Source: Pontibacter populi (lineage in GTDB: Bacteria; Bacteroidota; Bacteroidia; Cytophagales; Hymenobacteraceae). From it: 40,000 bases of DNA. The position numbers and the translations under genes are program-made. Numbering within the stretch: the stretch's first letter is position 1; every line of letters starts with the position of its first letter. Location: the NCBI RefSeq assembly GCF_040278685.1, contig NZ_JBEOKT010000001.1, positions 223,398 through 263,397 on the forward strand. The letters run 5' to 3'. A model generated the notes under the pieces. The model saw only the letters and a program-made list of their open reading frames with translations. It was not told where the DNA came from and made no database searches. Shown here piece after piece: positions 1-9,651 of the stretch.

Positions 1-429
1 GCCGATGTGGTGATGTTTAAATTTGGGGTGCCTTACGAGCATATGTTCGGGCACAGGGGCTTTTCACATTCACTGGTGTTTGCGCTTTTACTGGGCGTTA
101 TAGTTACTGCCGTATTCTACAGAAGCATAAAGCTTACCTCAAAACAAGGTCTGTTGTTTATCCTGTTCTTTACGCTTTGCACCGCGTCGCATAGTTTGCT
201 GGATGCCCTGACCAATGGAGGATTAGGTGTGGCTGTGTTCTCCCCTTTCGATAACACACGTTACTTTCTGCCGTGGCGCCCGATACAGGTTTCTCCAATT
301 GGAGTTAGCAACTTTTTTAGTGAGTGGGGCTGGCGCGTAATTAAAAGCGAATTGATTTGGGTAGGTGTGCCGGCTGTGGCCTCCTATGTTTTTGTCTCTA
401 TCTTTAAAAGGACAGCCAGGAAAAGTTAA
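1..429 (+). CDS. membrane-bound metal-dependent hydrolase, YdjM/DUF457 family (N-terminus outside window)
   Basis: The reading frame is open to the window edge. It has a GHRGFSHS motif and several hydrophobic helices typical of DUF457. A terminator follows. Confidence 0.6.
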   Translation, partial: ADVVMFKFGVPYEHMFGHRGFSHSLVFALLLGVIVTAVFYRSIKLTSKQGLLFILFFTLCTASHSLLDALTNGGLGVAVFSPFDNTRYFLPWRPIQVSPIGVSNFFSEWGWRVIKSELIWVGVPAVASYVFVSIFKRTARKS

Positions 430-443
430 GACTGCAGTAAAAC

Positions 444-472
444 AAAAACGGACTTCCGAAGAAGTCCGTTTT
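444..472. terminator. bidirectional rho-independent terminator
   Basis: 10-bp stem AACGGACTTC / GAAGTCCGTT with a CGAA loop, an A-run upstream and a T-run downstream. It lies between convergent genes. Confidence 0.75.
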
Positions 473-506
473 CACAATAATAAGAGGGTTTGGGTAAGGG
501 TAAAGC

Positions 507-1307
507 TTATTTACACTGGTAAGTATAGTTCGTTTCGTACTCCTCACCGTTAAATGTCTCGATAACTCTGGTCGGGAAACCTTTGTCATTATAGGTATAG
601 CTATAGTCTACTTCGTAAGAGTACTCCTCACCATCCATCTCGAAAGTAGTCGTAATTTTACCAGGATTGTTTTTGCTTGAGCCCATCCATGGTTCAATAA
701 AACCTTTTACAGCCGAGAATGGCGTATTCTTGTTATCATAACCAGAATATGTGTCGGTGTATTCTAATTCACCCTCATAAAAACCTTCTGACTTAGAGAT
801 ATTGCCCTGGCTGTTGTAAGTGAAAGTAGTTTTGTACGTTTCGCCATCGTACGACTCAGTTATTTCGATAATGCGCTTGCTGGCATCATACTTAAACGTT
901 TCTACACCATCCGATACATTCTCAGCATCAAATTCTTCTCTTTTGCTAAGCACACCATTTGAGTAAGTATAAACTCTGTATTCATACAGCTCACCGTTCT
1001 CAAACTCTTCTTCCTTCACTAAGCGGTCGTTGCTGTCATAAGTAAAGGTGGTATAGCCTTCTATCTCTTCCTCGCCATCCGAGTAACTATAGGTTACTTT
1101 GCTTATCAGGCCTTTTGCGTTATACTCAACAACGTTGTTACTCTCATCGCCTTCACTATCGCCATACATTATATTGGTTAGTTTGCATGCAGCTTCAACA
1201 CCGGTGCCTGGTTGCGGATTGTCGTCGTCATCGTTGCCGCATGATGTAAGGGTAAGCGCTGCTACTACAAACAGGCTCAGGAATTTGCTGGTAAGGTTTA
1301 ATTTCAT
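507..1307 (-). CDS. lipoprotein with YD/RHS-like short repeats (DUF4595-like), function unknown
   Basis: Signal peptide with lipobox (LTSCG). Repeated xYxYDxxxRL/EEF motifs. 266-aa ORF. Confidence 0.6.
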   Translation of the reverse strand: MKLNLTSKFLSLFVVAALTLTSCGNDDDDNPQPGTGVEAACKLTNIMYGDSEGDESNNVVEYNAKGLISKVTYSYSDGEEEIEGYTTFTYDSNDRLVKEEEFENGELYEYRVYTYSNGVLSKREEFDAENVSDGVETFKYDASKRIIEITESYDGETYKTTFTYNSQGNISKSEGFYEGELEYTDTYSGYDNKNTPFSAVKGFIEPWMGSSKNNPGKITTTFEMDGEEYSYEVDYSYTYNDKGFPTRVIETFNGEEYETNYTYQCK

Positions 1308-1528
1308 TGTTTTATTTTGTGATTATAGATTAATATGCCACAAAGTTCATATTAATATAGCATTTATACAATACCTACTTCTGGGTACGCTCATATATGC
1401 TGGTTCTGCCTGTTAACATTATTAAGCTATAGTTGTTAAAGCGTATTGGTAGCAGGGCTTAAAACCATAAACTATAGCACTCTGGAAAATAAACCTGAGT
1501 ATCTTGCTACTTTATATTACCGAATATC

Positions 1529-1924
1529 ATGAAGTTAAAACACATACTTATAGTAGCCGCCGTTGTACTGGTAAGCTGGTTTGTTTACGATTCTTTTTCG
1601 CAGCCAAGTGTTGATGACCTGGAAGGGGATTTTAAAGAAGTAGCTTTTTACCGGAACGAGAACAATACCGGCCCTATTGTAAGGGTTTATGCCGTAACGG
1701 TAGCCGATACCTTGTGGCAGCAAATGCATCAGTACGGCGAGTTTATGCCGCACACCAAATACGGTAATACCAAGGTCTATTTCTTTTTAGAAGGCAGCCC
1801 GGCACCAGATAAAGTTTTTGCCGGTGAACAGAATTTTGAAGCACGATTCCGGGAATTTGCTGTAGCCAAATACGAAAAAGAGTCGATGGGGCAGGTTTCG
1901 TTTGTACAATACCCGTTCCGGTAG
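1529..1924 (+). CDS. hypothetical membrane-anchored protein
   Basis: 131-aa ORF with an N-terminal hydrophobic helix. I recognise no family. Confidence 0.5.
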   Translation: MKLKHILIVAAVVLVSWFVYDSFSQPSVDDLEGDFKEVAFYRNENNTGPIVRVYAVTVADTLWQQMHQYGEFMPHTKYGNTKVYFFLEGSPAPDKVFAGEQNFEARFREFAVAKYEKESMGQVSFVQYPFR

Positions 1925-1990
1925 TATACTTGTCGGTTTGCTTCGTGTTTGCGTAACAGGAGATTAGCGTTTTACTAACTCCAAAGCTGC

Positions 1991-3610
1991 ATGAAGCATC
2001 CTTATTCTATCCTGAAACTATACCTGCTACTGGTTTTGTCTTTTAGCCTTATCCTGTCGCCTGCTCAGGCGCAGCAACTATACCGCCCTGCACAAGACCT
2101 GGGCGAGTTGTTTGAGCAGGTGCAACTGCAACGTGTTTTCCCTGATTCCAAGACCTTCCCGGATTGTGTACCTCTCTCCGATCCCGGGCAGATCTTACAG
2201 GCTTATGAACAACAAAAACATCAGCCCGGCTTTGAGTTAAAGGCTTTTGTGAAGCAGCATTTCAGGTTACCACCGCAGCCCGACACCAGTTTTACCACTA
2301 ACGACACGCATACTATAGTTGAGCACATAGAGCGCCTCTGGCCGGAGCTTACCCGCCAACCCGGAGATAACGGCGGCTCGCTTATAGTGTTGCCAAATGC
2401 CTATGTGGTGCCTGGCGGTCGTTTCAGAGAGATCTATTACTGGGATAGCTTCTTTACCATGTTGGGCCTGCAGGCAAGCGGAAAAACGGAGCTGATTCAA
2501 AGCATGGTCGATAATTTTACGCACCTCATCCAAACTATAGGCCACATACCTAACGGCAACCGCACATATTACCTTAGCCGCTCGCAGCCACCTTTTTACG
2601 CACTTATGCTACGCGTGCTGGCCCAGCAAAAAGGCCGTGAAGTGCTGCTCAACTATAGGTCTGCTTTAGAAAAAGAATATGCCTTTTGGATGGATGGATC
2701 CGGAAGCCTTTCGGTAGTTAACCCTGCGCACCGCCGCGTGGTTTTAATGCCTGACGGAAGCATCCTGAACCGCTACTGGGACGATAACCCGCAACCGCGT
2801 CCCGAATCTTACCTGGAGGATGTGGAACTGGCTGAACAATCTGGCAGAAATCCCGAAGAAATTTACCGTGACATAAGAGCCGCCGCTGAATCCGGCTGGG
2901 ATTTTAGTACGCGCTGGTTTGCTGATGGCGAAAATCTAAACACTATACAAACCACCAGCATTATCCCCGTAGACCTGAACGCGCTGCTTTACCACATGGA
3001 GCTGACCCTGCAGGAAATGGCTGTCTTGGCCGGCAACAGAACTGAAGCCCGCCAGTACGAGAAACTGGCCAAAGCCCGCCGCGATGCAGTGCTGAAATAC
3101 AACTGGAACGCTGAACAGGATTTCTTTTACGACTATAACTATAAAACCAAGGCTACTACCAACATCCCTACGCTGGCTGCAGTTTACCCGCTGTATTTCC
3201 AGATGGTGAAGCGCAGGCATGCAAAAGCTGTGGTACAAAAACTGAAGGCTGATTTCATAAGCCCGGGTGGTGTGGTAACTACGCTTAACCAGAGCGGGCA
3301 ACAATGGGACACACCAAACGGCTGGGCTCCGCTGCAATGGATGACGATACAGGCCCTCCGCAACTATGGCTTTACCGATGAAGCAACAACTATAGCTACC
3401 AACTGGGTGCAGCTCAACAACGACGTTTACCAATCTACCGGGAAGTTGATGGAGAAGTATAATGTCGAGAATCTAGGTTTGCCTGCCGGTGGAGGTGAGT
3501 ACCCTAACCAGGATGGTTTTGGCTGGACCAACGGCGTGTTGCTCAAGCTGATCTCCATGTACCCTGAGCTACATAAAATAACAGAAGCTGAGCCCGAGCT
3601 GCAAAACTAA
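1991..3610 (+). CDS. treA: periplasmic trehalase (glycoside hydrolase family 37)
   Basis: Signal peptide plus GH37 signatures (PGGRFxEIYYWDSFF, QPPF, ESGWDFS, GGEYPNQDGFGWTNG). Confidence 0.9.
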   Translation: MKHPYSILKLYLLLVLSFSLILSPAQAQQLYRPAQDLGELFEQVQLQRVFPDSKTFPDCVPLSDPGQILQAYEQQKHQPGFELKAFVKQHFRLPPQPDTSFTTNDTHTIVEHIERLWPELTRQPGDNGGSLIVLPNAYVVPGGRFREIYYWDSFFTMLGLQASGKTELIQSMVDNFTHLIQTIGHIPNGNRTYYLSRSQPPFYALMLRVLAQQKGREVLLNYRSALEKEYAFWMDGSGSLSVVNPAHRRVVLMPDGSILNRYWDDNPQPRPESYLEDVELAEQSGRNPEEIYRDIRAAAESGWDFSTRWFADGENLNTIQTTSIIPVDLNALLYHMELTLQEMAVLAGNRTEARQYEKLAKARRDAVLKYNWNAEQDFFYDYNYKTKATTNIPTLAAVYPLYFQMVKRRHAKAVVQKLKADFISPGGVVTTLNQSGQQWDTPNGWAPLQWMTIQALRNYGFTDEATTIATNWVQLNNDVYQSTGKLMEKYNVENLGLPAGGGEYPNQDGFGWTNGVLLKLISMYPELHKITEAEPELQN

Positions 3611-3928
3611 CTATAGTTTAAAAGTATGTAGATCAGCCATCTAACTATAGGACTCGCAAACTATAACCCACCAACTGGCTCCCGACGTACAACAGACATC
3701 AGAGAGTTCCTTTTTGGGTCTATGCTATTCTTAATTTCCTGCGGAACGAACCATGGCGGAGGCGATTAACTTTACACGCAGAACGAGAACGTTGGCGATG
3801 GCCCTGTAGAAGATGATATCTCTGAAGACACGACCACTTTATGAGATACAACCACTACGATGTAGGCATACAAATCAACTTACACCTGAGAGGTTAAGTA
3901 TAAATAAGATAACCTAACACGAAAAACA

Positions 3929-4168
3929 ATGAACAAGAAACTGAATATACTAGCTGCCGCATGCATCACCTCTACCATGTTACTGGCATCGTGCGGTGAG
4001 ACCGGCGATAACTCTGATATGCCATCTGAAAGCACAACCGGCGATACCCAGGAAACAGGTGTGGAAGGAACCGGCGACCTGCCCGGCACAGGTGCTGATG
4101 ACACTACGCAATATGTGAACGAAGCGATAGGAGACGACAACGCCGCTGCCGGAGACAGCATTGAATAA
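3929..4168 (+). CDS. small acidic lipoprotein, unknown function
   Basis: Lipobox LLASCG, low-complexity D/E/T/G-rich body, and its own terminator directly downstream. Confidence 0.55.
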   Translation: MNKKLNILAAACITSTMLLASCGETGDNSDMPSESTTGDTQETGVEGTGDLPGTGADDTTQYVNEAIGDDNAAAGDSIE

Positions 4169-4192
4169 AAATATGAGTTAAGATAACTGAAA

Positions 4193-4222
4193 AGGACAAG
4201 CGCTAAGCCTGTCCTTTTTTTT
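4193..4222 (+). terminator. rho-independent terminator
   Basis: AGGACA / TGTCCT stem followed by a T8 run. Confidence 0.6.
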
Positions 4223-4282
4223 GTACCTGATTCTGGCACTACGTTTGCAACTGCCACGTTATAGCAAAAACGCATATCTCAC

Positions 4283-5410
4283 ATGATCAGATTAAAATAC
4301 CTGGCAACTGCCTTCTTACTTTGCTGCGCAACTATAGCCGCACAGGCGCAAGGCGAAAGAAATAACTGGTACTTTGGCAAAAGTGCCGGCATCACGTTTA
4401 ACGGCGACTCAGCGGTAGCAGTAACCAACGGCCGACTAATAACTGAAGAAGGCAGCGCCACTATATCTGATAAAAACGGTAACCTGTTGTTTTACACCAA
4501 CGGCATAACGGTCTGGAACCGCAACCACAAAGTTATGCCCAACGGCAACGGCTTGCTGGGTGGCAATTCCTCTACTCAATCGGCTCTTATAGTTCCTAAA
4601 CCGGGCTCCGAAACCATTTACTACATTTTTACAACCGATATACAGGCACAGTCTGATGGGTTGCGCTATAGTATTGTGGATATGAGCAAGGATGGGGGCA
4701 ATGGCGACCTTGTGTTTAAAAATACTTTTATGATTGCGCCTACCACCGAAAAGCTGACCGCTGTGCGCCACAGTAACGGCAAAGACTGGTGGGTTGTAGC
4801 GCACCGTTGGAACAGCAATGCCTATTTGTCTTACCTGGTTTCAGAGAACGGCGTAGAGACCATGCCTGTCATGAGCAATGTGGGTACCGTTCATGGCGGC
4901 TCAAACCGCAAAGCCATCGGGTACCTGAAACCATCTCCGGACGGCACCAGACTAGCCGCAGCGCTCTGGAACGATAACAGCAACTTCGAACTTCTAAGAT
5001 TCGACCGAAGCACTGGCAAAGTATCTGACCCGATTTTATTTAAAGGCTTTTCGGAAGCCTATGGTATTGCTTTCTCGCCAGATGGCAGCAAACTATACGG
5101 CACCACTAATAACAAAGGAACCGGCAAAGGGCAGATCGTACAGTTTGATTTGAGAGCCGGCGGCCCGGAAGAGATAATTAAATCAGCAACTATAGTGGCT
5201 ACATCCGGCAGCCCAACTATAGGCGCATTGCAACTCGGCCCCGATGGCAGAATTTATGCTGCCCGCAAAGACAACATACACCTGGGCGTGATCTTTAACC
5301 CTAACGCAAAAGGTAAAGCCGTACAATACAAAGACAATGGTTTTAAACTAGCCGGCAGAAAAAGTGACCTCGGGTTACCAAACTTCGTGCAGGATGTAAA
5401 AAGATTATAA
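4283..5410 (+). CDS. secreted beta-propeller protein (PD40/lactonase-like blades), unknown function
   Basis: Signal peptide. The NNWYFG..AGITF N-terminus is common in Bacteroidota surface proteins. SPDG/GPDG blade motifs repeat. Confidence 0.6.
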   Translation: MIRLKYLATAFLLCCATIAAQAQGERNNWYFGKSAGITFNGDSAVAVTNGRLITEEGSATISDKNGNLLFYTNGITVWNRNHKVMPNGNGLLGGNSSTQSALIVPKPGSETIYYIFTTDIQAQSDGLRYSIVDMSKDGGNGDLVFKNTFMIAPTTEKLTAVRHSNGKDWWVVAHRWNSNAYLSYLVSENGVETMPVMSNVGTVHGGSNRKAIGYLKPSPDGTRLAAALWNDNSNFELLRFDRSTGKVSDPILFKGFSEAYGIAFSPDGSKLYGTTNNKGTGKGQIVQFDLRAGGPEEIIKSATIVATSGSPTIGALQLGPDGRIYAARKDNIHLGVIFNPNAKGKAVQYKDNGFKLAGRKSDLGLPNFVQDVKRL

Positions 5411-5423
5411 CCGCCAACTATAA

Positions 5424-5464
5424 AAACAGAAAGGCCAGCCCGGTTAAGGCTGGCCTTTCTGTTT
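5424..5464. terminator. bidirectional terminator
   Basis: Perfect 17-bp stem AAACAGAAAGGCCAGCC / GGCTGGCCTTTCTGTTT with a 7-nt loop, between convergent genes. Confidence 0.8.
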
Positions 5465-5485
5465 AACTATAAACTATAGTTTCCT

Positions 5486-6889
5486 TTAGATGATCTGTGG
5501 TTTCCCGATCTTAAATCTCAGGAAGCCCATCGCGAATGATGCACCGGGGTTGTTTTTAGTGAACGGAGCCGTAACGTCGCGCATACCAATACCAAACTCA
5601 TACACCGGCGATGTGATCGCGAAGCCAAACGGTATGTTTAGTTTGTCGCCGGCACCAGACGAAACACCAGAGCTTAAACGGAATACCGGGATTGGAGAAA
5701 AGTCTATACCCAAGCCAACAAAGTCTGATGCGATATTGCCTGGTGCTTTGTTAAGTGGCGCCACGTAATCCACACCAACTTCAACGCGCTGACCAATTTT
5801 AACACCAGCACCAAAACGGAAACGGGTCGGCAGGTTTACTTTCATTTCGCTTACAGGGGTAAACACAAGAGCACTGTCAACTATAGCTCGAGCCATTTTG
5901 CCGGCGTCTTTCCAGAAATCATTGTTATTTGCTCCGTCTTCTGCCATTTGCTCCAAGGTAAAGCCTTTGTCCTGTCCTTCCAGCAGGTTCTCTGTCCACT
6001 TAATGTTACCTAGGTCGGTTACAGAAGCGCTTACTTTTACAATTTTGATGATCTCGGCAGATAAACCTAAATCCACACCATGGCCACGACCAACCGGGTT
6101 CAGTAAACCGTCTGCGCTATCGTAGTTGAATTTCGGATCGTCAAGGTAATCGTCGTAGTTGGCGTCCAGCACCGGCGAGAAAGCATTATAAGCTTTAACC
6201 TTGCCATCTTTCGCACTGAACTCATATAAACCCAAGCCCTGCATGTACTTGTAACCGAAACCGCCATAAATATTAATAAAAGGCAGTTCCATGATCTTGC
6301 GGCCATAAGCAAAGTTCCACTCGTTTACCCACGACATCTTAATTTCAGAACCATCAAATATCTCCGAAACATAAAGCGTTTCATCCGGGTCCACATCGTT
6401 AAACATGGAAGCATCCTGGCCTAAGAAAAGCAGCTCCGAAAAGTTTTTATTGAAGCCTGCATGGCTCAGCATGCGCTGCCTGTTGCTAACTGCAAAGCCA
6501 CCAATTTTAGGCACGCTCACCGATATTGCCAGCGTATTTACATCGGCACCAAGGTTTAGCACGTTGTCGGAGGTAAAGGCGCGGGCAAGTTCCATTCGCT
6601 CTTCCATGCCAATGGAGGTGTCAGAAGTAAGCTTTATAGCACTCGACAGTGTCTTGCGGGTAAATGCCTGCGAACTATAGAATGCGCCAAATTCGGCTAC
6701 AGTAAACGAAACCAGCGATGTGCTGCGGCCAAGGTTTGCGGGGTTTATACCGATTGCCTGGTAGTCGTGCACGAATGTGTTCTGTACACCACCACGGCTT
6801 ACCACCGAGTAACTGCTGCTCTCAGACTGCGCAAGCGCTGTAACCTGCCCTACAAGCAAGGTTGCGGCAGCCAAAAGTACCTTCTTCAT
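5486..6889 (-). CDS. putative outer-membrane beta-barrel protein, family uncertain
   Basis: Signal peptide and an alternating hydrophobic beta-strand pattern with G/S/N-rich loops. 467 aa. Confidence 0.5.
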   Translation of the reverse strand: MKKVLLAAATLLVGQVTALAQSESSSYSVVSRGGVQNTFVHDYQAIGINPANLGRSTSLVSFTVAEFGAFYSSQAFTRKTLSSAIKLTSDTSIGMEERMELARAFTSDNVLNLGADVNTLAISVSVPKIGGFAVSNRQRMLSHAGFNKNFSELLFLGQDASMFNDVDPDETLYVSEIFDGSEIKMSWVNEWNFAYGRKIMELPFINIYGGFGYKYMQGLGLYEFSAKDGKVKAYNAFSPVLDANYDDYLDDPKFNYDSADGLLNPVGRGHGVDLGLSAEIIKIVKVSASVTDLGNIKWTENLLEGQDKGFTLEQMAEDGANNNDFWKDAGKMARAIVDSALVFTPVSEMKVNLPTRFRFGAGVKIGQRVEVGVDYVAPLNKAPGNIASDFVGLGIDFSPIPVFRLSSGVSSGAGDKLNIPFGFAITSPVYEFGIGMRDVTAPFTKNNPGASFAMGFLRFKIGKPQII

Positions 6890-7114
6890 AAAATGGTCAG
6901 ATAGTAAATAATTTGTATGGATAATGTGGTTGATAGCTTTTCACAACTAACCAGAAGCAACTATATCCGAAGTAGTTAGAAGTGTCAACACTATAAACCG
7001 GGCCGCAATTTCCATTTTTTTACTGAATATCAGAATATAGTTTCTGTAAATTATAGTGCAATAAGATTTTATAGTGGGTTGTAAGCTTCGGGTATGATGT
7101 ACCACACATTCTGT

Positions 7115-7122
7115 TAACTTTG
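7115..7122 (+). promoter_or_regulatory. candidate Bacteroidota -7 box (TAACTTTG)
   Basis: Matches the TAnnTTTG consensus, 33 nt upstream of the meaB ATG. Confidence 0.4.
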
Positions 7123-7154
7123 TGTAGTAAGGCGGCAGCTTTAAACTATAACCT

Positions 7155-8135
7155 ATGGCCAAACGATTCTCTGTTGACACATATGTAAACGGCATCCTGA
7201 ACGGAGACCGTGTGCTGCTGAGCCGTGCCATTACGTTAGTAGAAAGCAGGCTGCCACAGGACCATGAACTTGCCCAGGAAGTAATTGCCAACGTGTTGCC
7301 CTATTCCGGAAATGCAGTGCGGATAGGCATAACCGGTGTGCCAGGTGTAGGCAAAAGCACGTTTATTGAAGCTTTTGGGAACTATGTAATTGAGCAAGCC
7401 GGTAAAAAACTGGCCGTTTTAGCCATAGATCCCACCAGCCAGCGCACCGGTGGCAGCATTTTGGGTGACAAGACCCGCATGGAATCCCTGTCTATAAACC
7501 TTAAAGCGTTCATCCGTCCTTCGCCGGCTGGCAAGTCGCTGGGCGGGGTAGCAAAAAGCACCCGTGAAACTATAATTTTGTGCGAAGCTGCCGGTTTTGA
7601 TGCCATTATAGTTGAAACGGTAGGCGTGGGTCAATCAGAGACGGCTGTGCATGCTATGGTAGATTTCTTTTTGCTGCTGATGCTGGCCGGAGCCGGCGAT
7701 GAGCTGCAAGGCATCAAACGTGGCATCATGGAAATGGCTGATGCCATTGCCATCACTAAAGCCGACGGCACCAACACCAACAAAGCCAAAGCCGCCCGCG
7801 CCGAATACCAGAATGCCCTGCACCTGTACCCCATGAGTGCCTCTGGCTGGCTACCTAAAGTATCTACCTGCTCCGCCCTGCAACAAACCGGCCTCGACAT
7901 GATCTGGCAAACTATAACCGATTACCTGAAGCTGACAAAGGAGAATGGTTATTTCGAGAGAAAGCGCCGTGACCAGAACTTACAGTGGATGTACGAAGCC
8001 ATACGCCAGGGCCTGGAAGATAATTTTTATGCGCACCAGCAGGTAAAGGAGCAATTACCAACTATAACTGAACAAGTAAAATCAGGCCAAAAGTCAGCGT
8101 TTGCTGCTGCAAGCGAATTGCTGAAGTTGGTGTAA
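7155..8135 (+). CDS. meaB: methylmalonyl-CoA mutase-associated GTPase MeaB/ArgK
   Basis: P-loop GVPGVGKST, ETVGVGQSE and NKAD-type motifs. The length is typical of the family. Confidence 0.85.
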   Translation: MAKRFSVDTYVNGILNGDRVLLSRAITLVESRLPQDHELAQEVIANVLPYSGNAVRIGITGVPGVGKSTFIEAFGNYVIEQAGKKLAVLAIDPTSQRTGGSILGDKTRMESLSINLKAFIRPSPAGKSLGGVAKSTRETIILCEAAGFDAIIVETVGVGQSETAVHAMVDFFLLLMLAGAGDELQGIKRGIMEMADAIAITKADGTNTNKAKAARAEYQNALHLYPMSASGWLPKVSTCSALQQTGLDMIWQTITDYLKLTKENGYFERKRRDQNLQWMYEAIRQGLEDNFYAHQQVKEQLPTITEQVKSGQKSAFAAASELLKLV

Positions 8136-8150
8136 TCAATTCCTGCTTTA

Positions 8151-8174
8151 TCATTTCGACGAAAGGAGAAATCT
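8151..8174. repeat. hairpin cassette TCATTTCGACGAAAGGAGAAATCT
   Basis: Exact 24/24 reverse complement of 27223-27246. A related variant lies at 23321-23348. Confidence 0.7.
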
Positions 8175-8243
8175 ATCTCAGCTTATAGTTCTATAGTTTG
8201 TGCCTTCCTTTGTTTTTAGGGGAAGACTGGGATGGGATAAAAC

Positions 8244-8276
8244 AAAAACAGCCAGCCCATTTCTGAACCAGCTGTC
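8244..8276 (-). terminator. possible terminator of the WD40-DivIVA-folB operon
   Basis: Imperfect ACAGC..GCTGT stem with wobble pairs, followed on the minus strand by TTTTTGTTTT. Confidence 0.4.
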
Positions 8277-8310
8277 TCTGCATCAATAAGTATCTTTAAT
8301 AATTTTCGTT

Positions 8311-8667
8311 CTAACGAGCTTCCTCCAAAGTAACTTTTGCCCATTTGCAAATGCCACCCAGCGGCGGATTGTACTTGTAAACATTCACTTTCACCGTCTG
8401 TACAAACGGGAAACGCTCGTAAACTTTATCGATGATGCGGTGGCCGAGATGCTCTAACAGGCGAGCCGGAATTTTCATTTCTTCCAGCACCAGCGCATAC
8501 AGCACTTCATAGTTTACAGTTTCGTCCAGGTTATCAGATTCGGCGGCGCGGCGAAGGTCGGTGTTTATGGTCAGGTCGATGCCGTACTTGTTTCCGATCT
8601 TCTGCTCCTCGTCGTAGAACCCATGGAAGGCAAAAAATTCCATGCCCTCCAGTGTGATCTGTCCCAT
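8311..8667 (-). CDS. folB: dihydroneopterin aldolase
   Basis: Typical FolB N-terminus (ITLEGMEFFAFHG..EEQ..G) and a size of 118 aa. Confidence 0.85.
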   Translation of the reverse strand: MGQITLEGMEFFAFHGFYDEEQKIGNKYGIDLTINTDLRRAAESDNLDETVNYEVLYALVLEEMKIPARLLEHLGHRIIDKVYERFPFVQTVKVNVYKYNPPLGGICKWAKVTLEEAR

Positions 8668-8673
8668 TTCAGG

Positions 8674-9651
8674 TTAGCCTATCTCGTCAAAAAAAGAACC
8701 ACTGCTCTTAACAGTTGCGCCGTTGGTTGCATAGGCGTTACGTGATGGCTCGGTTAGCGGCGGCTGAATTTCCGGCTTATCTGGCTGCACAGGCTTAATT
8801 TCCGGAACTGGCTGCTCAATATCCGGTGCCGGCACACGACCCGGGTAGTCCGGCGCTATAGGCTCTATTTCCGGCGACGGCGGGTTTGGCACAGGCGTTA
8901 CCGGGTTCGGAATTTCCGGGTGTGGCTGCGTAACATCTGGTGCCGGGTCGCCAAGTGGGTTATATTCTCTGCCGTTAGCTTGCACGGCAATCGGTGCATT
9001 AGCTGTAGTTGAAGCCGGTATCTGCTGTTGTATCGTTTCTGTTGTAATGTCCATATCTTTCAAGGTTTTCAGCAGCTCTGTGTTGTCTATAGTTACATTC
9101 GCTGCTCTTGAAAGCATACTGTTTACGCCACCCTTTGGTTTAGCTTTTGTACGCTCCACCTTCTCAAGAGCTTCATTAGCAAGGTTCTTCAGGTCACGCA
9201 CCATGGTGTCCAGGTAACCTTCCATTCGCTGGTATTCCTGCTCCAGGCTTTTAACCTCTTCCTGCATTTCCGATACCATTTTTTCTGTCTGGCGGGCAGC
9301 ATCTTCTAAGGTCTGGCGGGCCTGATTACGAGCTTTATTCAGCAGTTCGTTAGCTTGTAGTTCAGCTTCGCGGGCACGCAGCTCAGCCGACTTGGTCGCC
9401 TGCTCCAGTATATTGTTGCCGGTATCTTCGGCGGTTTTAAGCGTTTTGTAAAGCGATGATTCCACTTCGCGCAGCTTCTGGGTTTCGCGGTTGGCGGCAT
9501 CCAGTTTCATGCGCAAGTCTTTGTTTTCATCCATCATTTTCTCCCACTGCTGCGACAGCGTAAGCAAAAATGCGTTTACTTCATCCTTGTCTAATCCTCT
9601 AAAAGCCTTCTCAAACGTTTTTTGCCTGATATCTAACGGTGTAATCTTCAT
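8674..9651 (-). CDS. DivIVA domain protein with coiled coil and Pro-rich C-terminus
   Basis: N-terminal ITPLDIRQKTF..FRGLDKDEV DivIVA motif, a long coiled coil and PEI/PDI proline repeats. Confidence 0.8.
   Translation of the reverse strand: MKITPLDIRQKTFEKAFRGLDKDEVNAFLLTLSQQWEKMMDENKDLRMKLDAANRETQKLREVESSLYKTLKTAEDTGNNILEQATKSAELRAREAELQANELLNKARNQARQTLEDAARQTEKMVSEMQEEVKSLEQEYQRMEGYLDTMVRDLKNLANEALEKVERTKAKPKGGVNSMLSRAANVTIDNTELLKTLKDMDITTETIQQQIPASTTANAPIAVQANGREYNPLGDPAPDVTQPHPEIPNPVTPVPNPPSPEIEPIAPDYPGRVPAPDIEQPVPEIKPVQPDKPEIQPPLTEPSRNAYATNGATVKSSGSFFDEIG

Noticed and set aside
365-589. ORFs 365..553(+) and 404..589(-)
   Set aside because: They span a bidirectional terminator and the ends of two real genes, so they are spurious.
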